A stretch of 64,000 nucleotides of DNA from Marsupella aquatica (Eukaryota; Plantae; Marchantiophyta). The notes beneath the pieces are model-generated. The model did no database searches. It saw only the letters and a list, made by a program, of their open reading frames with translations, and had not been told where the DNA came from. The stretch lies in NCBI GenBank assembly GCA_973895155.1, contig OZ316894.1:16786216-16850215 (forward strand), in the 5' to 3' direction. Position 1 is the stretch's first letter, and each line of letters opens with the position of its first letter. The position numbers and the translations under genes were made by a program. Below are positions 55,101-64,000 of the stretch, in pieces.

Positions 55101-57666
55101 GCCAGTCTTGTGAATTGCTTGTGTCAGCAATCCAAGCCTACCTTACAAAAGGCTGCAGCACACGCTTTGTCAAATCTTACCGGTTCAACAAATAATGCTC
55201 TGAAGTTGAGAGTCGCCAATGCGGAGGGGGCTCTGCTTGGCCTGGTGAATTGCTTGTCACAGAATGGCCACCGTGAATTACAACAACGAGCAGCAGGGGC
55301 GTTGGTAAATATTACCAGTTCTACGGATAATGCTCTGAAGTTGAGAGTTGCCAATGTGGATGGGGCTCTGCTTGGCCTGGTGAATTGTTTGTCACAGAAT
55401 GACCATTGTGAATTACAAGAACTAGCAGCAGGGGTGTTGGCAAATCTTGCCGGTTCGACGGACGATGCTCTGAAGTTGAGAGTCGCCAATGAGTATGGGG
55501 CTCTGGTTGGCCTGGTGAATTGCTTGTCACAGAATGACCACCTTGCTGTACAACGGGTAGCAGCAGGGGCGTTGGCAAACCTTGCCGGTTCGACGGATAA
55601 TGCTCTAAAGTTGAGAGTCGCCAATGAGGAGGGGGCTCTGGTTGGCCTGGTGAATTGCTTATTACAAAATGACCACCGCAATTTACAAAAACAAGCAGCA
55701 GGGGCGTTGGCAAATCTTACTGGTTCTACAGATAATGCTCTGAACTTGAAAGTTGCCAATGTGGAGGGGGCTCTAGTTGGCCTGGTGAATTGTTTCTCAC
55801 AGAATGACCACAGTGATCTCCAACAAGAAGCAGCATGGGCATTGGCAAATCTTGCAAGTTCAATTGACAATGGTCTGAAGTCGAGAGTCGCCAATGCAGA
55901 GGGGGCTCTGGCTTGCCTAGTGAATTGCTTGTCACAGAATGACCACCTTGATTTACAACAACAAGCAGCATGGGCATTGGCAAATCTTGCCGGTTCGTCA
56001 GATAATGCTCTCCAGTTGATAGTTGCCAGTACAGAGGGGGCTTTGGTTGGCTTGGTGAATTGCTTATCACAAAATGCCCACCGCGGATTACAACAACGAG
56101 CTGCAACGGTGTTGGCAAATCTTGCCGGTTCGATGGATAATGCTGTGAAGTTGAGAGTTGCCAGTGCGGAAGGGGCTCTGGTTGGCTTGGTGAATTGCTT
56201 GTCCCAGCATGAGCACCGTGACTTACAACAGCAAGCAGCACAGGCATTGGTAAGTCTTGCCGGTTCGACGGATAATGCTCTAAAGTGGAGAGTTGCCAAT
56301 GAGGAGGGGGCTCTGGTTGGCTTGGTGAATTGTTTGTCACAGAATGACCATTGTGAATTACAACAACTAGCAGCAGGGGTGTTGACAAATCTTGCCGATT
56401 CGACAGACAATGCTCTTCAGTTGAGAGTCGCAAATGAGGACGGGGCTTTGGTTGGCCTGGTGAAGTGCTTGTCACAGAATGACCACCGTGATTTACAAAA
56501 CCAAGCAGCAGGGGCGTTGGCAAATCTTACCGGTTCGACGGATAGTACTTTGCAGTTGAGAGTTGCCAAGGAGGAGGGGGCTCTGGTTGGCCTGGTGAAT
56601 TGCCTATCACAGAATGACCATCATGATTTACAAAAACGAGCAGCAGGGGCGTTGGCAAATCTTGCCAGTTCGACGGATAGTGCTCTGCAGTTGAGAGTCG
56701 CCAAGGAGAAGGGGGCTCTGGTTGGCCTGGTGAATTGCTTGTCACAAAATGACCACCATGATTTACAAAGAGAGGCAGCAAGAATGACATCAAATCTAGC
56801 TCGAGCACCAGGGGCAATTGCGATCCTCAGAGAAACGGAAGGTCTATTGGAGGGGCTTACAAGCTTGGTGGGAGATGACATGAGTCCGGATACTCGATAT
56901 GCAGGAGTGGAAGGATTGCTTAAGGTCGACCCGACACTAGCGAAGCAACTAGGCTTGCTCTCCGTACAACTTGATTCCTCTTTGTTAAGGTACCTAAATT
57001 GATCACTGGTATCGATCCTACGCAACTCTTTTTGTGTAATGCTAAATGTGGATAGAAAGATGCGAAGAAGTTGTTCAACTAACAAAATGGACAGTATCAA
57101 AAGAAAATACTTCTGCAGGGCCTAATGAAGCTTAGGAAAATGGATGTGCAGACGCCAAGATTCAATTTGACGTCAAGCTTAGTCACATTGCATTGAATTC
57201 ACTAACATAGCTTTTCTTAAATGTGGCAGTAGCTAAAGTTGCAAAGAAAAGGTGAACAGGTCACTCGATGTGATTTATTTGCAGCATTACTCACGCTCAT
57301 TGTGATGGCAGTTCTAGAATTTTTGTAAAAGCTGAGCTTGGAGATTTTCAAGGGGCACTGGACGATGCGAACGCAGCATTCAACATGCCGGATGCTCCGA
57401 GGGCGTTTGTCTTGCAGGAGCGGGGCGTCTTGAAGCAAAAAATGGGAAATCTAGGGGGTGCCCTGGCAGATTTGGACGAAGGTTTAAATTTAAAGACAAA
57501 CGACTATGAAATGCTGAAGCACCGTGGCTATGTCAAATTCTTGTTAGATGACATGGAAGGAGCTCGCGCAGATGCAGAATGGGCTCTATCACTCGACTCC
57601 TTAAGGGATGATTCAAGTGGCTACTTGGGAGGAACCTGCGCAGAATACTTGGGCTATAGACTGTGA
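52119..57666 (+). CDS. NLR-like STAND protein: N-terminal 4-helix (MLKL/RPW8-like) - NB-ARC - ARM repeat array - TPR, ~1547 aa
   Basis: Exons 52119-53192, 53298-54170, 54648-56989 and 57312-57666 have GT-AG ends and matching phases (0, 0, 2) and total 4644 nt. Motifs: Walker A GGVGKGKST, Walker B ILMILDGVSD, RNBS-B LLITSQ, GLPL-like GGNPLAL, 45-aa ARM repeats, and TPRs RIFVKAELGDFQGALDDANAA, ERGVLKQKMGNLGGALADLD and HRGYVKFLLDDMEGARAD. Confidence 0.85.
55092..56802 (+). repeat. Coding tandem array of 135-bp (45-aa) armadillo repeats, ~12.7 units, within a single exon
   Basis: Consensus GALVGLVNCLSQNDHxxLQxxAAxALANLAGSTDNALKLRVANxE. Units start at 55092, 55227 and every 135 bp up to 56712, with no indels. 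Confidence 0.95.
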
Positions 57667-58857
57667 TTGTGGAGATTGTGTTTGGTAGATATTTGTATGC
57701 CGCGGCTTGTGCATTAATTGTGTGATGGACAGCCAATTTGGGCCACTGGAGATACCTGTCTCCAGCTGAACAGCTTGGACTCTCAGTATTTGCGAAGTAT
57801 TGAGACCCATATATTATTCTATTGTGATGTGAACAATCGTAGTGGAGAGTAGCTGAGTTCGTGATGATGCGGTCACATTCATACAATGCCATTAATTTGA
57901 CCATTCAAGCCACACCTGGATTATTCATGTTGGCCAGATTATTTCCAAGTGCGGACAACCATCCAACTTCAAGACCCGTTCGCATTATTGCGTGACCGAA
58001 ATCATTGTTGGAATCTCGTGGGGTATCTTTAGCGTAGATGTTATGCATGAAGGAAACGTCAGTTTGATGATCGAGAATCATCTTCAAGCCTGTAGACAAT
58101 TTTTTGGTGACATTAATTTTGTATGCCTCGTCCTTATTAATTGAGTAGCGTCAATCACGAAGCGGAATCTCCGAGTCCAGGCAGCAAGTTCAAGTCTCGC
58201 ACTTGGAACACGAATTTCAGCTACATGCCCCGAACAATACAATTCACATTCAGCCTGAGTCAGCAATTCTGCGCATCCCATATATGCACAGGTCCCGTAC
58301 AGGTACCACACCTAGAGACACCAATTAATCCGGAAAATAACACCGTTAGCCAGGCTAAAGTAATCTTGAGGACATCACTTTTTCATTTTGTTTAGAGGCT
58401 TCTTGAAAAGAAGATTCTGCCCAAACGATTCCTACTTAGTCGTGTCTAATCAATTTTATTCCATTTGGGGTTTTGGTACATCCTGAACGATGATAGATGA
58501 GACAAGTTTGACTTTTTCTTCCATTTTCCTTCTAGATCCTATCCTAAGTGAATACTACTCAGTCACGTAGTGAAATAGGAAGTCTTATAGCACTTTGCGA
58601 AGAGATGAACCTATTATCCTCATTGAGCTCTAACCTATATTCTGGAACGACCCACACAACTAGTCCAGCCCATATGTACAAACCAGCCCAGTTCAGTGAT
58701 CATCTTGGGGAGGCTTCATTTGGCAGTTGAGATCTACTGTAGAAATGAAAGTAACACAGGAATGGGATGGATAGGAACAAACACCCTAAAATCGTAACCA
58801 GGGGCGAGCAGTGCTTGTTTCTCTCAAAAAGCTACCACAAGTTTAAGAACATGAACC

Positions 58858-59040
58858 CAAACTTTTCAATCAAATTATTGCAACAAATATATTGAGCCAC
58901 TGAAATCGACACCAAATTGAACCTTTTTTATCAAAAAGCTGCAAGAAAATTTTTGAGCCACTGACATCGATACAAAATTTCAACTTTTGATCAAAAAGTT
59001 GCAAGAACTATTTTGATCCACCGAAATCGATGCCAAGTTT
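58858..59040. repeat. ~60-bp tandem repeat, 3 copies
   Basis: actttt..atcaaa....tgcaa.aa....ttga.ccac.ga.atcga...caa.tt occurs three times. Confidence 0.75.
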
Positions 59041-59486
59041 TGTTTAAAATCTCTTAAAAATCTAACGTTCAGAAAACTGTTTCCTTTTGTGGCTAGAAAA
59101 CGTCTCAGAGACGTTTGAAGATTTTTCTCATAAAGCAGCACAAGAAGCATGGCCAATAGGCTGTTGAACCAGCGTTAGAAGCATGAGCTCTGCGAATAAG
59201 GCCTACTGGACCAGCATCTTGGAGGCCACTTTCAAAAACTCCTAGTTTCAGAACAGTGGTAGATTTGGTCGCGCGAAGTCACTATTTGGATTTTATAGTC
59301 TCCTTGACGAAAGGCTACAAACAATACGGTTGATAAGGTGACCGTACCACTGAAGGAGTGTCAATCAAGAATGGAACGAAATGATTTACAATTTGACATG
59401 TTGATGAAGGTGAGGATGAAGTGTTACGGAATCGAGTCAAACATAAGAGAACCACCTGTTCCTGTGCTTGCGTAATTTAATGAAGT

Positions 59487-61426
59487 TCAAAGCGAAACCC
59501 CTACAGGTGGCTTCTCTTCTACCTGTGACTTGGTTACGGTTGCCTTCGGTGCTTCTGCGGATTGAGAAACCTTCGATTCCTCTATTGTGTCACTAGTTTG
59601 TGTCAAAGGCAGCCCCGCAACCTCCCGAAGAGGCTTCCACCTGTAAGATCGCCTGCGCGATTCAAAGAACAGAACATCAGGGGACAGATGAGAAGTAGTA
59701 AACATCGTCATGGGAGGCCAGACTGACAATACTTGCGGTCTTTGAAAGGAGTAGAGACGCAAGTTTTGAAAAGTAAGATGCCATACAGAACTATTGTCAA
59801 AAGGAGACCAGGAGATGCGCAAAGCTTACCACATTAAAACATAAAACCTACAATGACGATATTTGACGATTTATAATAGTAATAAATGAGGCACTCCGAA
59901 CCCAACTAAATGAGAATTTCAAAGAATGTGCAGAATCAAGAATGCCTCTGCTGCATCGATTGACTCAAAAAATTGGCTACCTATGTGTACATTTTGCGAC
60001 CTGACTCCAATGGCATAGACAGACCCCAATTCAACCATTTCAGTTACCGAGCCCCTACCAGGTGCCACACTCAGCAATAACTTTGACTTTCTTCCGCAAG
60101 GCTGGCAACAGAGCCAAATACTGTAATTCCGTCTTTGACAGTACCTGTTACATGCATGAAAACTTCTTAAAATTTAAAAACCTCGCCATGCCAGCGATAC
60201 TCACATCAGTGAACTCAAGTTCTGAATCACTTCACCAAATTCTTGCTTCTAAAAATGAGAACGAGGACATACAATGAGTACCTTTGCTTCAATGACCCAC
60301 AGAACAAGTCCCTTGGAATCTTCAGGCAGAGCAGAGAGCCTGTGATCCAACTCTGGCGGGTAATAAAAGCATTCTATTGCCTGTTTACCTAAATGGGCCT
60401 GCATATCCAGCTACCAGTGTCAGTACTGCGTTTCTTGTTTATAATTGAATGACTGAACAAATGTTTTCCAGGTCAAGCCCCTTGTCTTAATAGTGTAGAG
60501 GTACTTGACCTCCCAACCCCTCGCTTTATTGGAGCACTTCAACCTTTTGGTAAGCAGAAACTTAGTTTTCAAGGATATGGACACAAGGTGCACTCGCTCT
60601 AGACCCACGATCATTGGGGAAGGAGAAAAGGATACCAACCACAAACTGAAATTAGAGAGACAAGAACTAATGAATCTAATTAGTCATGGTTGGACGTGGA
60701 GCTTGACTCGGCTCACGGATTGATGCATGTAGAACAAACTTCAACCAAACCCGTGCATGTTACTTGCTCACATACAGTGATGGCAGATTCAGCTCGGAAT
60801 CCCCTCTCAGAATAAATACAGAGCGATGACTGCTACAACCCATAATTGCAAGAATTGCAAAATGACTTCAGGCACACCTCCACCATATGGAAAAGACTGT
60901 GTCACGTCGTGTAGAAAGAGCCAGAGCAGCTAGAGCAGCTAGAGCAGATAGAGAGAGAACGTACCGGTCGCACGCCATGGATTTTGGTGAGATAAGCCTC
61001 TGGGTCACCCAAGCCACGAGCCGTTATATTCATAAAGTGATAACCCTCCGACTTCAGGCGATTAGCATACCGCCCCTCGTAACCTCCCTCGGCGGGAGCA
61101 TAGACTGCAATCGACCCGTAGTCTTCCACATCCTTATACCACTGGTCCAGGTCGAATCCCAACAAGTCTCCTCCCCAGAAATCTGCGAGGCCAGCAGAAA
61201 CCACAGTAGTGCTCCCCTGCCTCTCAGCTCTGAGATTAGACGACGACGGGCAGCTACTCACACTACTTACGCTTCTTCCCCGCCAGAGCACAGGGGAGGA
61301 GAGCAGCCGGGTCGGAGGCAGAGACGGTGCTGCTGCATTGGTGCTTTGACATCTAGGAGAGGAATTGAAGGTGGCTGTGGACGGAGTGTAGCAACATCGA
61401 GCAGGGTAGACACTAATCACATTCAT
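59487..61426 (-). CDS. ndhN: Plastid NDH complex subunit N (nuclear-encoded, with transit peptide), 4 exons
   Basis: Exons 61426-60965 (Ser-rich transit; AVYAPAEGGYEGRYANRL..TARGLGDPEAYLTKIHGVRP), 60398-60282 (AHLGKQ..PPELDHRL..KGLVLWVIEAK), 60144-60059 (VLSKTELQYLALLP..IAECG) and 59652-59487 (RSYRWKPL). These are diagnostic NdhN motifs. Confidence 0.95.
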
Positions 61427-63112
61427 CGTTGGTACGTGGTCAGGCTAAATGTGCGCAAAGACTTCAATGGACTTACCACAGAGAGCAGAGAGCTGGTAGA
61501 GACCGATCATATCCACACTCTGAGGATGGCAATTGCAGTGACAGTGTACAACTGAGGAAACTTCGAAAGGCTTGAAGCACGAATGACCTCGAGGTCTTGT
61601 GTGTACGAGAAGAACATGGCCAAAATTCTGATGTGGGGGTGTGAGAGCGGAAGCTGGGCTACGATATCTTTTCGACTCTTGGTCGAAATGGGAGTCGAAA
61701 TGGGAGTCGAATTTGTGTCCACTATTTGAACCTCAGTGTTGTTACCGAGCGCTTGGCCATGGATCAGCAGGGCCATTATCAGCCAATGATCACAAAGCAA
61801 ACATGAACTACAGCGGGACTACAGCACAATCATGGGGCCCGTTTATCTGCTGTAAAGTTGTCCATTTGTCCAAACCGAAAAGTAATCGATAGGGCCTCTC
61901 AAAGCTTAAAATTTGATGGACCTTAAGGGCTAGGTTCCATGAAGTAGGGATTTGTACGGATGGGGAGTAAGGGTGCACGCAGGGCCCACCACCACAAATT
62001 TGGGGGCAGGGGTATTCTCGGGCCCATGCACTCCCTGCGGAGCAATCCGCGCCCCACTCTCCGGTACCAATTCTCACAAATGAAACCGGCTGTTCACAAA
62101 CGATGTTGCTGTGAAGCTCCAAAAACCTGCCCACAAACAAAGCTCACAAGAAGTCTCCAAGCTTTGACTAGATCGATATCTGGGAAGGCTGTGAACTATG
62201 GATCGGATCATAGCTCGGAGCATTGGGGCATTGCGAGCGGAGAATTAGGAATCTTGATGCTTGACATTTGCAATGGGAATACACCACAGGCAGGCAGCAG
62301 ACGAGTGGGCCGGCATTAGAATTTGAGTGTTTGACAGATTCAAAGAGCTATGGAATGGGAGTTGAGCTAAAAGACTTGTGTGACTCGCGCTGTTCTCCTC
62401 ATTGTACGCACCTCATTATCTGTGACTCCGTTCGAATGAAATTGTCCATTCTGCCCTTGTGAGTCCTGACTTGTGGAAGCTTTGACCTGAGTGAGTGACT
62501 GAGTGACTGAGTTGTGAAGCTTCGAGTGTGTGAGAGAGCGCCAGGACAAGGCTCTGGGATTTCAGGAACGGGTCATGTGAATCGTCCACTTCAGGTAGTA
62601 ATCTGCTAGAGATGTCCAAAGGCGGCCCACTTTGTCCGTGACCTCCGAATTCCACCTCAAATGATCGCACTACCATTAGGTAAGCACAAGGAGGAGCGAC
62701 AATACTTCCTTTTGAAGCACAGACTACTATAGGATTCAATCCGTGTATCTTACTGCACGAAGATACTTCACAGATCCATGTCACATCTCTTCATCACACG
62801 AGGGCTCGCTTGGGTCCAGATTGACAGGAAACAAGATTTTTGGCAGCAACGCTTGCAATTTTGAACTGCTCAAATCGAAGTATTCAGAGCAGGAGATTGG
62901 AAATCTATTTCTTCTGCACCCAAAGCAGAGGCAACATGGGACTCCAGCCACTGAAAAATCAAGTCGTTTGCCACACTCGTGATCGAGTGCATGGCATATG
63001 CCATCAGTAGTTCCTGCGACACATAATCTATAAGGCAAAGATGCCCAGTCGCCGCACAGTAGGGCAACGCATTTGCCTTCAACAACACGGATTCTAAGTC
63101 GCACTCGAATGA

Positions 63113-63211
63113 TCACACTCGCTCAAATAAAATGGATCGTTTCTTGACGGGGGCCTCGCGCCAAGCTTGCAGATAGCGCCACCATAGCTTCAGGCTGAAC
63201 GGATTTCTCAG
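63113..63211 (-). pseudogene. Isolated fragment of pre-mRNA splicing factor SYF1/XAB2 N-terminus
   Basis: Translates LRNPFSLKLWWRYLQAWREAPVKKRSILFERV*, matching the conserved SYF1 start LRNxFSLKLWWRYL..K.R..IYERA. It is bounded by in-frame stops and has no ATG and no recognisable downstream HAT repeats. Confidence 0.7.
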
Positions 63212-63389
63212 AGCATCACTTTCTCAGTTTGCTCCTGTTGTCGAGTGTTCAAAGATTAGAGTAGCTGCATCAGAGAAAGGAAGTTCTCTTACCAGATGTG
63301 GCCATAGCTTTGAGAATTGAGAACTTTCATCATGGAAGGAGATCCCATGGACATAGATTTCAATGTAACTCCTTCATCTCAAGAGCCAA

Positions 63390-64000
63390 ATGTTCACTCA
63401 GTTAATAGTTGATGTCCATAGGGTTCGTCAATTTCCTCACAGAGACATTAACATAAATTTGCTAGTGAGGGTAGTAGCTTCTTTGATGGCAGCGCTTGCC
63501 TCTGTCACACAGTCATTGTTGCCTATGACTGATGCCACAAATCTAGTGCTCCATCTCTCAAATCTAAGTAGAGCTCATGTGGGTAGAGATGCACTTGTTT
63601 GTCACCTGATTCCAACATTTTTGCACCTTGTTGGAATTGCTTATGTGCGTCCAAGGGAAATTATCGATCAGTGGTACATAAAACCACGAACCAGGCATCG
63701 TTTGATGCTTTGGATGGACGACACACCACTTGAGGACCCACAGTGCTTCAGAGAATTTTTTCAAATTGGTCCTGAGCTCTTTTTTTATGTATGCGAGCTA
63801 GTTCATGATGACATGCTTACAGATCCTCCAGAGTCTCTATGGATATTGCCAAACCGCAAGCTTATTGTGATCAGGCAAGTGGCTCTTGCCTTGAGACGGT
63901 TGGCAGTGGGAGATACCTTCCTAACTCTAGGAGAACTATTTGGTGTTTCGAAAAGCACAGCAATTAAGGTCACATGGAAGTTCATCTGTGCACTTCGAAT
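63390..64000 (+). mobile_element. PIF/Harbinger transposase-like (HARBI1/ALP1-like) ORF, truncated by the window edge
   Basis: The frame is open from ATG 63390 to the end and is absent from the ORF track: WYIKPR..FREFFQIGPELFFYVCELV..RQVALALRRLAVGDTFLTLGELFGVSKSTAIKVTWKFICAL, the helix-turn-helix region typical of Harbinger transposases. The DDE domain lies outside the window. Confidence 0.85.

Noticed and set aside
55092-56802. CRISPR array or TAL-effector interpretation of the regular repeats (HD pairs are present)
   Set aside because: Units are contiguous, in frame, 45 aa long, without unique spacers, and follow ARM rather than 34-aa TALE consensus; the HD pairs are not in a TALE context.
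55124-56817. Long minus-strand ORFs (428, 130, 265 and 96 aa) over the ARM array
   Set aside because: These are shadows of the stop-poor 135-bp repeat; the + strand encodes a recognisable ARM fold with proper splice context.
60887-61555. 222-aa + strand ORF
   Set aside because: Antisense to the clearly conserved NdhN exon 1.
61920-61990. Candidate Harbinger left TIRs (TAA followed by GGG)
   Set aside because: More than one such site exists and the right end is outside the window, so none can be validated.

Overview
Eukaryotic, intron-rich, gene-dense nuclear DNA from a land plant. The nuclear-encoded plastid NdhN, B-box protein and GT-AG introns show it is a plant; a non-seed plant such as a liverwort is my inference. 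Six recognisable housekeeping or regulatory genes are present: a mitochondrial-type DnaJ (-, running off the left edge), a P4-ATPase flippase (-), PAF1-complex CTR9/VIP6 (+), a double B-box protein (-), EFG1 (-) and NdhN (-). The stand-out locus is 52119-57666 (+). Three ORF-track entries plus a downstream TPR ORF splice in frame into one ~1547-aa NLR-like protein: an MLKL/RPW8-like N-terminal helical domain, an NB-ARC with deviant motifs, ~13 near-identical 45-aa (135-bp) armadillo repeats in place of LRRs, and ~3 C-terminal TPRs. Repeat variability concentrates on the predicted ligand-binding helix, and non-adjacent repeats share mosaic blocks. At the right edge is an ORF missed by the track, a PIF/Harbinger (ALP1/HARBI1-like) transposase, and next to it an isolated fragment of splicing factor SYF1. 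Intergenic regions hold a tRNA-like SINE head, short tandem duplications and microsatellites. All exon models were derived by eye and no database searches were run.
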